From: Eledone cirrhosa
Taxonomy: Eukaryota
Direction: 5' to 3'
Length of the DNA stretch: 64,000 bases
Assembly (NCBI GenBank): GCA_964016885.1
Contig: OZ024748.1
Coordinates: forward strand, 31,000,001 to 31,064,000
In this document: positions 15,001 through 27,704 of the stretch, in pieces
How the letters are laid out: each line of letters begins with the position of its first letter
How positions within the stretch are numbered: position 1 is the stretch's first letter
Program-made: the position numbers and the translations under genes
The notes under the pieces: generated by a model
Database searches by the model: none
Told to the model about the DNA's origin: nothing
Seen by the model: the letters and a program-made list of their open reading frames with translations, nothing else

Positions 15001-18000
15001 AAACCCAAGCCTTAGACGTAAAATTAAACCCCAACTCCAAGACTTAGACTTAAACCCCAACCTCAAGCCTTAGACGTAGTCTTAAACCCCAACCCAAAGC
15101 CTTAGACTTAGAATTAAACTCCAACCCCAAGCCTTAGGCATAGACTTCAAGCGCAAGCGTTAGACTTAGACTTGAACCCCAACCATAAGCATAAGACTTA
15201 GACTTAAAGCCCAACCCCAAAACTTAGACTTAGACTTAAACCCCAACCCCTAGCCTTAGACTTACAGCCCAACCCAAAGCCTTAGACTTAAACTTAAACC
15301 CTAACCCAAGTCTTAGACTTAGAGTTAAACCCTAACCCCAAGGCTTAGACTTAGATTTAAACCCCAATCCCAAGCTTTAGACTTAGACGTAAACCCAAAC
15401 TCCAAGCCTTAGAATTAAATCCAAATCACAACACTTAGACTTAAACACGAACCCAAACTTATCCTTAGAATTAGACTTATACCCCAACCCCAAGCCTTAG
15501 ACTTAGACTTAAACCCTAACGCCAAGCATTAGATTTATACTCACGTCCTAAACCCAAGCCTTAGATTTAGACTTAAACCCTAACCACATGCCTTAGATTT
15601 AGACTTAAACCCGAACCCCAAGCCTCAGACGTAGACTTAAACCACAAACCCAAGCGTTAGACCTAGACTTAAACCCCAAGCCTTAGGCTTAGACTTAAAC
15701 CCCAAACTTAAACCTTAGAGTTATATTTAACCCCAATCCCGAGCCTGAGACTTAAACTTAAACCCAAACCCCAAGCCTTAGAATTAGACTTAAAACCCAA
15801 CCTAAAGCCTTAGACTTAGACTTAATCCACAACATTAAGCTTTAGACTTAGACTTAAACCCCAAGCCTGAGACATAGATTTAAACCCCAACCACAAGACT
15901 TAGGCTTAGACTTAAACCCCAAGACAAACTTAGAATTAGACTTGAAGCCCAAGCGCAAGCGTTAGACTTAGACTTGAACCCCAACCACAAGCATAAGACT
16001 TAGACTTAAACACCAACCCCAAGACTTAGACTTAGAATTAAACCCCAACCCCAAGCCTTAGACTTAGACTTAAAGCCCAACCTAAAGCCTTAGACTTAGA
16101 CTTAAACCCCAACCCCAAGCCTTAGACATATACTTGAAAACCAACCCCAAGCGTTAGACTTAGATTTAAACCCAACACCAAGCTTTAGAATTAAACCCTA
16201 ACACCAAGCCTTCTACTTAAATCCGAAACCAACATTTAGACTTAGATTTAAACCACAAACCCAAGCCTTAGACTTAGACTTAAACCCGAACCTCAAGCCT
16301 AAGAGTTAAACACCAACCCCAATTCTTAGTCTTAGATTTAAACCCCACCCTTAGACTTAAACATAAACCCCAAGCGTTAGAATTAAACAATAACCACAAG
16401 CCGTAGACTTAAACCACCTGCATTAGACTTAGATTTAAAGCCAACACCAAGCCTTAGACTTAAACAGTAACCCCAAGCCTTAGACGTAAGACCAAACACC
16501 AAGTCTTAGAATTAAACCCTAATACGAACCCTTAGACTTAGACTTAAACCACAAACCCAAGCCTTAGACTTAGACGTAAACGCCAACCCAAAGGCTTAGA
16601 CTTTGACTTTAAACCCTAACCCTTAGACTTAGACGTAAACTTAAACTTAGACTTAGACTTAAACCCCAACCCGAAGCTTAAACTTAAACACTAACCCCAA
16701 GCCTCAGGCTTAGACTTAAACCCCAACCCTTAGACTTAGATATAAACTTAAACTTAGATTTAGACTTAAACCCCAACCCCAAACTTTATACTTAGACTTA
16801 AAACCCAACTCCACAAGTCTTAGTCTTAAATCCCAACCCCAAGCCTTAGACTTAGACTTAAACCCTAACCCCAAGCCTTAGATTATACTTAAACCACAAG
16901 CCTTAGACTTAGAATTTAAACCCCAATCCCAATCCTGAGACTTAAACTTAAAACCTAACCCCAAGCCTTAGACTTAAATCCTAAACCAACCCTTAGACTT
17001 AGACTTAAACCACAAATCCAAGCCTCATACTTAGACTTAAACCCCAACCACAAGACTTAGACATAGACATAAACCCCAACCCCTAGCCTTAGACTTAAAC
17101 ACTAACCTGAAACCTCAGACTTAGACTTAAACCCCAACCCTTTGACGTAAACTTAAACTTAGATATAAACTTAAACCCCAACCTCAAGCCTTAGACTTAG
17201 ACTTGAACCCCAACTACAAGATTTAGACTTAGATTTAAACCCCAACCCTAAAGGTTAGACTTTGATTGCAACCCCAACTCCTAGCCTTAGACTTAATCCC
17301 AACCCCAAGATTCAGATTTGTACTTAAACCCCAACCCTTAGACTTAGACTTAAACCCCAACCACAAGCCTTAGATTTCGATTGCAAACCCCAAAACCAAT
17401 CCTGGGACTTAGACTTAAACTCCAACCCCAAGCCTTAGACTTAAACTTAAACCCCAACACATGCCTTAGATTTAGAATGAAATCCCAACACCTTACCTTA
17501 GACGTAAACTTAAACCCCAATCCCAAGGCTTATACTTTGACTTAAACCCGAACCACAAGCCTTTTACATAGACTTAAACCACAAACCCAAGCCTTAGAAT
17601 TAAACCCTAATAACAAGCTTGAGACTTACAACCTAACCCCAAACCCAAACCTTAGCCCAACCCGTAAATTTAAACCCAAACCCAAAGCCTTAGATTTAGA
17701 CTTAAACTCCAAGACTTAGACATAGACTTAAACCCCAACCCCAAGTTTAGAGTTCCACATAAAACCCAACCACAAGCCTTAGACGTAGACTTAAACCCCA
17801 ACCCCAAGCCTTAGACTTAGACTTAAACCCCAACTCCAAGCCTCAGAATTAAACCATAACCAGAAGCCTTAGGCATAAACTCCAAACCCAAGCCTTAGAC
17901 TTTGACTTAAACACCAACTCCTAGCCTTAGACTTAATCTTAAACCCCAAACCCAAGTCTTAGACTTAGACTTAATCCTCGACGCCCAAGCCTTAGACTTA

Positions 18001-21000
18001 GATTTAAATACCAACCCCAGGCCTTAGACTTAGAATTAAACCACAACCCAAAGCCTTAGTCATAGACTTAATCCCCAACACCAAGCCTTAGACTTAGACT
18101 TAAACCTAAACCCAAAGCTTTAGAATTAAACTTAAACCCCAACCCGAAGCCTTAGACTTAGACTTAAACCCGAACCCCAAGCCTTAGACTTAGACTTAAT
18201 CCACAACATTAAGCTTTAGACTTAAACTTAAACCCCAAGCCTTAGACATAGATTTAAACCCCAACCACAAGCCTTAGACAAAGATTACACCCCAAGCCCA
18301 AGCCTTAGAGTTAGACTTGAAGCCCAAGCCCAAGCATAAGACTTAGACTTAAACCCCAACCCCAAGCCTTGGTCGTAGCCTTAAACCTCTGCCCAAAGCC
18401 CTAGAATGAGCCTTAAACCCCAAGCCGAAGCTTTAGACTTAAACTTAAACCCTAACCCAAGTCTTAGACTTAGAGTTAAACCCTAACCCCAAGGCTTAGA
18501 CTTAGATTTAAACCCCAACCCCAAGCCTTAGACTTAGACTTACACCCCAACCCCTAGCCTTAGACGTAAACTTAAACCCCAACTCCAAGCCTCAGACTTA
18601 GAATTAAACCCCAGCCGCAAGCCTTATACATAGACTTAAACCACAACCCCTAGCCTTAGCCCAACTCGTAAACTTAAACCCCAACCCCAAGCCTTAGATT
18701 TAGACTTAAACTCCAATCCTAAGCCTTAGACATAGACTTAAACCCCAACCCAAGCTCTAGACATCGACATAAACCCCAACCACAAGCATTAGACTTAGAA
18801 CTAAACTCCAACCCCAAGCCTTAGACTTAGACATAAACGCCCTCTCCCAAGCCTTAAACTTAGACTTAAACCCCAAATCGAAGCCTTAGACTTAAACCCT
18901 AACACCAACACTTAGACTTAGACTTAAACCTCAAACCCAAGCCTTAGACGTAAAATTAAACCCCAACTCCAAGACTTAGACTTAAACCCCAACCTCAAGC
19001 CTTAGACGTAGTCTTAAACCCCAACCCAAAGCCTTAGACTTAGAATTAAACTCCAACCCCAAGCCTTAGGCATAGACTTCAAGCGCAAGCGTTAGACTTA
19101 GACTTGAACCCCAACCATAAGCATAAGACTTAGACTTAAAGCCCAACCCCAAAACTTAGACTTAGACTTAAACCCCAACCCCTAGCCTTAGACTTAAAGC
19201 CCAACCCAAAGCCTTAGACTTAAACTTAAACCCTAACCCAAGTCTTAGACTTAGAGTTAAATCCTAACCCCAAGGCTTAGACTTAGATTTAAACCCCAAT
19301 CCCAAGCTTTAGACTTAGACGTAAACCCAAACTCCAAGCCTTAGAATTAAATCCAAATCACAACACTTAGACTTAAACACGAACCCAACCTTATCCTTAG
19401 AATTAGACTTATACCCCAACCCCAAGCCTTAGACTTAGACTTAAACCCTAACGCCAAGCATTAGATTTATACTCACGTCCTAAACCCAAGCCTTAGATTT
19501 AGACTTAAACCCTAACCACATGCCTTAGATTTAGACTTAAACCCGAACCCCAAGCCTCAGACGTAGACTTAAACCACAAACCCAAGCGTTAAACCTAGAC
19601 TTAAACCCCAAGCCTCAGGCTTAGACTTAAACCCCAAACTTAAACCTTAGAGTTATATTTAACCCCAATCCCGAGCCTGAGACTTAAACTTAAACCCAAA
19701 CCCCAAGCCTTAGAATTAGACTTAAAACCCAACCTAAAGCCTTAGACTTAGACTTAATCCCCAACATTAAGCTTTAGACTTAGACTTAAACCCCAAGCCT
19801 GAGACATAGATTTAAACCCCAACCACAAGACTTAGGCTTAGACTTAAACCCCAAGACAAACTTAGAATTAGACTTGAAGCCCAAGCGCAAGCGTTAGACT
19901 TAGACTTGAACCCCAACCACAAGCATAAGACTTAGACTTAAACACCAACCCCAAGACTTAGACTTAGAATTAAACCCCAACCCCAAGCCTTAGACTTAGA
20001 CTTAAAGCCCAACCTAAAGCCTTAGACTTAGACTTAAACCCCAACCCCAAGCCTTAGACATATACTTGAAAACCAACCCCAAGCGTTAGACTTAGATTTA
20101 AACCCAACACCAAGCTTTAGAATTAAACCCTAACACCAAGCCTTCTACTTAAATCCGAAACCAACATTTAGACTTAGATTTAAACCACAAACCCAAGCCT
20201 TAGACTTAGACTTAAACCCGAACCTCAAGCCTAAGAGTTAAACACCAACCCCAATTCTTAGTCTTAGATTTAAACCCCACCCTTAGACTTAAACATAAAC
20301 CCCAAGCGTTAGAATTAAACAATAACCACAAGCCATAGACTTAAACCACCTGCATTAGACTTAGATTTAAAGCCAACACCAAGCCTTAGACTTAAACAGT
20401 AACCCCAAGCCTTAGACGTAAGCCCAAACACCAAGTCTTAGAATTAAACCCTAATACGAACCCTTAGACTTAGACTTAAACCACAAACCCAAGCCTTAGA
20501 CTTAGACGTAAACGCCAACCCAAAGGCTTAGACTTTGACTTTAAACCCTAACCCTTAGACTTAGACGTAAACTTAAACTTAGACTTAGACTTAAACCCCA
20601 ACCCGAAGCTTAAACTTAAACACTAACCCCAAGCCTCAGGCTTAGACTTAAACCCCAACCCTTAGACTTAGATATAAACTTAAACTTAGATTTAGACTTA
20701 AACCCCAACCCCAAACTTTATACTTAGACTTAAAACCCAACTCCACAAGTCTTAGTCTTAAATCCCAACCCCAAGCCTTAGACTTAGACTTAAACCCTAA
20801 CCCCAAGCCTTAGATTATACTTAAACCACAAGCCTTAGACTTAGAATTTAAACCCCAATCCCAATCCTGAGACTTAAACTTAAAACCTAACCCCAAGCCT
20901 TAGACTTAAATCCTAAACCAACCCTTAGACTTAGACTTAAACCACAAATCCAAGCCTCATACTTAGACTTAAACCCCAACCACAAGACTTAGACATAGAC

Positions 21001-24000
21001 ATAAACCCCAACCCCTAGCCTTAGACTTAAACACTAACCTGAAACCTCAGACTTAGACTTAAACCCCAACCCTTTGACGTAAACTTAAACTTAGATATAA
21101 ACTTAAACCCCAACCTCAAGCCTTAGACTTAGACTTGAACCCCAACTACAAGATTTAGACTTAGATTTAAACCCCAACCCTAAAGGTTAGACTTTGATTG
21201 CAACCCCAACTCCTAGCCTTAGACTTAATCCCAACCCCAAGATTCAGATTTGTACTTAAACCCCAACCCTTAGACTTAGAATTAAACCCCAACCACAAGC
21301 CTTAGATTTCGATTGTAAACCCCAAAACCAATCCTGGGACTTAGACTTAAACTCCAACCCCAAGCCTTAGACTTAAACTTAAACCCCAACACATGCCTTA
21401 GATTTAGAATGAAATCCCAACACCTTACCTTAGACGTAAACTTAAACCCCAATCCCAAGGCTTATACTTTGACTTAAACCCGAACCACAAGCCTTTTACA
21501 TAGACTTAAACCACAAACCCAAGCCTTAGAATTAAACCCTAATAACAAGCTTGAGACTTACAACCTAACCCCAAACCCAAACCTTAGCCCAACCCGTAAA
21601 TTTAAACCCAAACCCAAAGCCTTAGATTTAGACTTAAACTCCAAGCCTTAGACATAGACTTAAACCCCAACCCCAAGTTTAGAGTTCCACATAAAACCCA
21701 ACCACAAGCCTTAGACGTAGACTTAAACCCCAACCACAAGCCTTAGACTTAGACTTAAACCCCAACTCCAAGCCTCAGAATTAAACCATAACCAGAAGCC
21801 TTAGGCATAAACTCCAAACCCAAGCCTTAGACTTTGACTTAAACACCAACTCCTAGCCTTAGACTTAATCTTAAACCCCAAACCCAAGTCTTAGACTTAG
21901 ACTTAATCCTCGACGCCCAAGCCTTAGACTTAGATTTAAATACCAACCCCAGGCCTTAGACTTAGAATTAAACCACAACCCAAAGCCTTAGTCATAGACT
22001 TAATCCCCAACACCAAGCCTTAGACTTAGACTTAAACCTAAACCCAAAGCTTTAGAATTAAACTTAAACCCCAACCCGAAGCCTTAGACTTAGACTTAAA
22101 CCCGAACCCCAAGCCTTAGACTTAGACTTAATCCACAACATTAAGCTTTAGACTTAAACTTAAACCCCAAGCCTTAGACATAGATTTAAACCCCAACCAC
22201 AAGCCTTAGACAAAGATTACACCCCAAGCCCAAGCCTTAGAGTTAGACTTGAAGCCCAAGCCCAAGCATAAGACTTAGACTTAAACCCCAACCCCAAGCC
22301 TTGGTCGTAGCCTTAAACCTCTGCCCAAAGCCCTAGAATGAGCCTTAAACCCCAAGCCGAAGCTTTAGACTTAAACTTAAACCCTAACACAAGTCTTAGA
22401 CTTAGAGTTAAACCCTAACCCCAAGGCTTAGACTTAGATTTAAACCCCAACCCCAAGCCTTAGACTTAGACTTACACCCCAACCCCTAGCCTTAGACGTA
22501 AACTTAAACCCCAACTCCAAGCCTCAGACTTAGAATTAAACCCCAGCCCCAAGCCTTATACATAGACTTAAACCACAACCCCTAGCCTTAGCCCAACCCG
22601 TAAACTTAAACCCCAACCCCAAGCCTTAGATTTAGACTTAAACTCCAATCCTAAGCCTTAGACATAGACTTAAACCCCAACCCAAGCTCTAGACATCGAC
22701 ATAAACCCCAACCACAAGCATTAGACTTAGAACTAAACTCCAACCCCAAGCCTTAGACTTGAACGCCAACCCCAAGCCTTAGACTTAGACATAAACGCCC
22801 TCCCCCAAGCCTTAGACTTAGACTTAAACCCCAAATCGAAGCCTTAGACTTAAACCCTAACACCAACACTTAGACTTAGACTTAAACCTCAAACCCAAGC
22901 CTTAGACGTAAAATTAAACCCCAACTCCAAGACTTAGACTTAAACCCCAACCTCAAGCCTTAGACGTAGTCTTAAACCCCAACCCAAAGCCTTAGACTTA
23001 GAATTAAACTCCAACCCCAAGCCTTAGGCATAGACTTCAAGCGCAAGCGTTAGACTTAGACTTGAACCCCAACCATAAGCATAAGACTTAGACTTAAAGC
23101 CCAACCCCAAAACTTAGACTTAGACTTAAACCCCAACCCCTAGACTTAGACTTACAGCCCAACCCAAAGCCTTAGACTTAAACTTAAACCCTAACCCAAG
23201 TCTTAGACTTAGAGTTAAACCCTAACCCCAAGGCTTAGACTTAGATTTAAACCCCAATCCCAAGCTTTAGACTTAGACGTAAACCCAAACTCCAAGCCTT
23301 AGAATTAAATCCAAATCACAACACTTAGACTTAAACACGAACCCAAACTTATCCTTAGAATTAGACTTATACCCCAACCCCAAGCCTTAGACTTAGACTT
23401 AAACCCTAACGCCAAGCATTAGATTTATACTCACGTCCTAAACCCAAGCCTTAGATTTAGACTTAAACCCTAACCACATGCCTTAGATTTAGACTTAAAC
23501 CCGAACCCCAAGCCTCAGACGTAGACTTAAACCACAAACCCAAGCGTTAGACCTAGACTTAAACCCCAAGCCTTAGGCTTAGACTTAAGCCCCAAACTTA
23601 AACCTTAGAGTTATATTTAACCCCAATCCCGAGCCTGAGACTTAAACTTAAACCCAAACCCCAAGCCTTAGAATTAGACTTAAAACCCAACCTAAAGCCT
23701 TAGACTTAGACTTAATCCCCAACATTAAGCTTTAGACTTAGACTTAAACCCCAAGCCTGAGACATAGATTTAAACCCCAACCACAAGACTTAGGCTTAGA
23801 CTTAAACCCCAAGACAAACTTAGAATTAGACTTGAAGCCCAAGCGCAAGCGTTAGACTTAGACTTGAACCCCAACCACAAGCATAAGACTTAGACTTAAA
23901 CACCAACCCCAAGACTTAGACTTAGAATTAAACCCCAACCCCAAGCCTTAGACTTAGACTTAAAGCCCAACCTAAAGCCTTAGACTTAGACTTAAACCCC

Positions 24001-24960
24001 AACCCCAAGCCTTAGACATATACTTGAAAACCAACCCCAAGCGTTAGACTTAGATTTAAACCCAACACCAAGCTTTAGAATTAAACCCTAACACCAAGCC
24101 TTCTACTTAAATCCGAAACCAACATTTAGACTTAGATTTAAACCACAAACCCAAGCCTTAGACTTAGACTTAAACCCGAACCTCAAGCCTAAGAGTTAAA
24201 CACCAACCCCAATTCTTAGTCTTAGATTTAAACCCCACCCTTAGACTTAAACATAAACCCCAAGCGTTAGAATTAAACAATAACCACAAGCCATAGACTT
24301 AAACCACCTGCATTAGACTTAGATTTAAAGCCAACACCAAGCCTTAGACTTAAACAGTAACCCCAAGCCTTAGACGTAAGCCCAAACACCAAGTCTTAGA
24401 ATTAAACCCTAATACGAACCCTTAGACTTAGACTTAAACCACAAACCCAAGCCTTAGACTTAGACGTAAACGCCAACCCAAAGGCTTAGACTTTGACTTT
24501 AAACCCTAACCCTTAGACTTAGACGTAAACTTAAACTTAGACTTAGACTTAAACCCCAACCCGAAGCTTAAACTTAAACACTAACCCCAAGCCTCAGGCT
24601 TAGACTTAAACCCCAACCCTTAGACTTAGATATAAACTTAAACTTAGATTTAGACTTAAACCCCAACCCCAAACTTTATACTGAGACTTAAAACCCAACT
24701 CCACAAGTCTTAGTCTTAAATCCCAACCCCAAGCCTTAGACTTAGACTTAAACCCTAACCCCAAGCCTTAGATTATACTTAAACCACAAGCCTTAGACTT
24801 AGAATTTAAACCCCAATCCCAATCCTGAGACTTAAACTTAAAACCTAACCCCAAGCCTTAGACTTAAATCCTAAACCAACCCTTAGACTTAGACTTAAAC
24901 CACAAATCCAAGCCTCATACTTAGACTTAAACCCCAACCACAAGACTTAGACATAGACAT
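1..24960. repeat. Telomere-like satellite, ~32-bp monomer (26-bp variants), in homogeneous HORs of ~3.9 kb (L) and ~3.0 kb (S)
   Basis: Monomer CTTAAACCCCAACCCCAAGCCTTAGACTTAGA recurs (e.g. 21 and 53). The landmark (gagttccacataaaacccaa)ccacaagccttagacgtag starts HOR units at 1, 3895, 6890, 10816, 13818, 17770, 21702, giving lengths 3894, 2995, 3926, 3002, 3952, 3932 and a truncated last unit. Rare words such as tggtcgtagccttaaacctctgccc recur once per unit. Confidence 0.97.
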
Positions 24961-25586
24961 AAACGCCAACCCAAAGGCTTAGACGTAGACGTAAAACCCA
25001 ACTCCACAAGCCTTAGACTTAAGCCCCAACCCTTAGACTTAGACTAAACCCCAATCTCTAGCCTTAGACGTAAACTTAAACTTAGACTTAGACTTAAACC
25101 CCATCCTAAAGCTTACACTTGAACGCTAACGCCAAGCTTTTGACTTAAACTTAAACCGCAACCCCAAGCCTTATACTTGACCCCCAACTGCAAGCATTAG
25201 ACCCAAAGGTTAGACTTAGATTTGAACTCCAACTCCTAGCCTTAGACTTAAATGTAAAACCCAACCCCAAGCCTTAGACTGAAACGCTAACCTCAACCCA
25301 AAGATTTGAACTCCAACTCCTAGCCTTAGACTTAAATGTAAAACCCAACCCCAAGCCTTAGACTGAAACGCTAACCTTAACCCAAAGCTTAAACTTAAAC
25401 CCCAACTCCAAGCCTTAGACTTGAACCCCAACTGCAAGCTTTAGACCCAAAGGTTAGATTTGAACCCTAACTTAGGCTAAATGTAAAACCCAACCCCAAG
25501 CGTAAACTTAAACTTAGATTTAGACTTAAACCCCAACTCCAAACTTTAGACGCAGACGTAAACCCCAACTCCAACCCCAACCGCAA
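24961..25586. repeat. Diverged transition zone of the satellite with a local 84-bp tandem duplication
   Basis: HOR register is lost after ~24960. agatttgaactccaactcctagcc...gactgaaacgctaacc occurs at 25218 and 25302; ccccaactgcaagc-ttagacccaaaggttaga occurs twice. Confidence 0.85.
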
Positions 25587-25670
25587 CCCTAACCCTAACC
25601 CTAACCCTAACCCTAACCCTAACCGTAACACTAACCCTATCCCTAACCCAAACCCAAACCCTAACCGTAA
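25587..25670 (-). repeat. Short telomeric tract (CCCTAA)n
   Basis: Six perfect CCCTAA units followed by variants (CCGTAA, CACTAA, CCCTAT, CCCAAA). Confidence 0.95.
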
Positions 25671-26267
25671 AAATTTCGAAACATGCAAAAAAATCAGTCT
25701 TACGAAAAACGTAAAAAGATTAATGCCGAAGTGTATATTTCGACTCATATTTATTCTTTTTCGAAAAACCTAAAAAAATCTATTTTCGAAATCAGAAGTT
25801 AATATTTCGAAAAATGCAATTTGAAAAACGCATATTAATTTTTTTTCGAAAACCTTAAAAAATTCGCAGAAGTAAATGATTTCAAAAATGCTTTGTAAAA
25901 GAAATCAATCTATGAACGCAGTTTGACTTTTAACAGAAAAACGTAAAAAAAGTAAAAGCAGAAGTAAATCGTAAAATGCAATAAAATCAATTTACAATTT
26001 GATTTTTTTACACCTAAGTAAATATTTTGAAAAGTGTAAAAATATGACTTTTTAACGAAAAACGTAAAAATACAAAAATCAATGTATAAACGCATTCATT
26101 TTCAAAAATACGTCTGTAAAAGCATAAGTAAATATTTCGTAAAATTTGAAATCAGAAAGTAAATATTTCGAAAGATTTGTGAAAGTATTAATTTTTTTAC
26201 GTTTTTTTTTACAACAGGTCGAAAAGTAATCATTTTGTGTTGAAAAATTGATTTCACCGACTGGTGT

Positions 26268-26421
26268 TAAAAATTTCGAAACATGCAAAAAAATCAGTCT
26301 TACGAAAAACGTAAAAAGTTTAATGCAGAAGTATATATTTCGTATATATATTTCATATTCATTCTTTTTCGAAAAACCTAAAAAAATCAATTTTCGAAAT
26401 CAGAAAGTAAATATGTCGAAA
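26268..26421 (+). repeat. Direct repeat of 25668-25811
   Basis: taaaaatttcgaaacatgcaaaaaaatcagtcttacgaaaaacgtaaaaag is identical at both sites; similarity continues ~150 bp. Confidence 0.93.
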
Positions 26422-26533
26422 TATGTGAAAGCATTAATTTGTTTACGTCTGATTGATTTACAACAGGTTGATTAGGTTTTTCGAAAAATAATCATTTTGT
26501 ATTCAAAAATTGATTTTTTACCGACTGGTGCGA

Positions 26534-26741
26534 AATATTATTTTTCGAAATACTGTGTAAAAAGATCAATTTGTGAACGAATATTGAATCTTTTTTGAAA
26601 AACCTAAAATAATCAATTTTTGAAATCAGAAGTAAATATTTCGAAAAGTATAAAAAAATTGATTATTTTAGGTTTTTCAAAAAAGATTCAATATTCGTTC
26701 ACAAATTGATCTTTTTACACAGTATTTCGAAAAATAATATT
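26534..26741. repeat. Perfect 88-bp inverted repeat with 32-nt spacer
   Basis: 26534-26621 is the exact reverse complement of 26654-26741, checked base by base including homopolymer lengths. Confidence 0.96.
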
Positions 26742-27704
26742 CGCAATTCAATAACATCGAAAAAATATTAATATGCGTTTTTCAAATTGCATTTTTCGAA
26801 ATATTAACTTCTGATTTCGAAAATTAATTTTTTTTAGGTTTTTCGAAAAAGAATAAATATGAAATATATACTTCTGCATTAATCTTTTTACGTTTTTCGT
26901 GAGACTGATTTTTTTGCATGCTTAGAAATACTTTTGCTATTAGGGTTTTTCCAATCACTCTGCGTTTCAAATTGAATTTTTTGGCATTTTTCAAGTTATA
27001 CGTATGTTTTCTTTAGGGTTAGGGTTAGGGTTAGTGTTAGGGTTAGGGTTAGGGTTTGGGCTAGTGTTAGGGTTAGGGTTAGGGTTTGGGTTTGTGTTAG
27101 GGTTAGGGTTTGGGTTAGGGTTAGGGTTACGGTTACGGTTTGGGTTTGGGTTAGGTTGAGGGTTATGGTTAGGGTTAGGTTTAGGGTTAGGGTTAGGGTT
27201 AGGGTTGGGGTTAAAGCTGGGGTTAGGGTTAGGCTTAGGGTTAGGGTTAGGGTTGGGTTTAGGTTTAGGGTTAGGGTTAGGGTTAGGATTTGGGTTAGTG
27301 TTGGGGTTGGGGTTGGAGTTGGGGTTAGTGTTGGGGTTGGAGTTAGGGTTAGGGTTAGGGTTAGGTTTAGGGTTAGGGTTGGGGTTAGTGATAGGGTTAG
27401 GGTTAGGGTTTGGGTTAGGGTTAGGGTTAGGTTTGGGGTTAGGGTTAGGGTTGTTAGGGTTAGGGTTAGGGTTAGGGTTAGGGTTAGGATTTGGGTTAGT
27501 GTTAGGGTTAGGGTTACGGTTAGGGTTTGGGTTTGGGTTAGGTTTAGGGTTATGGTTAGGGTTAGGGTTAGTGTTAGTGTTAGGGTTAGGGTTAAGGTTA
27601 GGTTTAGGGTTAGGGTTAGCTTTTGGGTTTGGGTTAGGGTTAGGGTTAGGGTTAGGTTTGGGGTTAGGGTTAGGGTTGTTAGGGTTGGGGTTAGTGATAG
27701 GGTT

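Larger units (their letters stand above)
25682..26920. repeat. Outer imperfect inverted repeat, ~165-bp arms (25682-25849 / 26757-26920)
   Basis: catgcaaaaaaatcagtcttacgaaaaacgtaaaaagattaatg... is the reverse complement, with few mismatches, of ...cattaatctttttacgtttttcgtgagactgatttttttgcatg. Confidence 0.93.
25671..27012. other. AT-rich, TTCGAA-rich non-coding fold-back segment between outward-facing telomeric tracts
   Basis: Outer inverted arms 25682-25849 and 26757-26920; a direct copy of the left arm 600 bp downstream (25668 vs 26268); inner perfect inverted repeat; A-rich motifs switch to their T-rich complements at ~26640. Confidence 0.9.

Noticed and set aside
25910-26475. Short ORFs in the AT-rich core (possible transposase)
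   Set aside because: Low-complexity F/K/I translations overlapping repeats; no recognisable motif.
25587-27100. Classic head-to-head telomere fusion
   Set aside because: Orientation is CCCTAA then TTAGGG, the opposite of a fusion.
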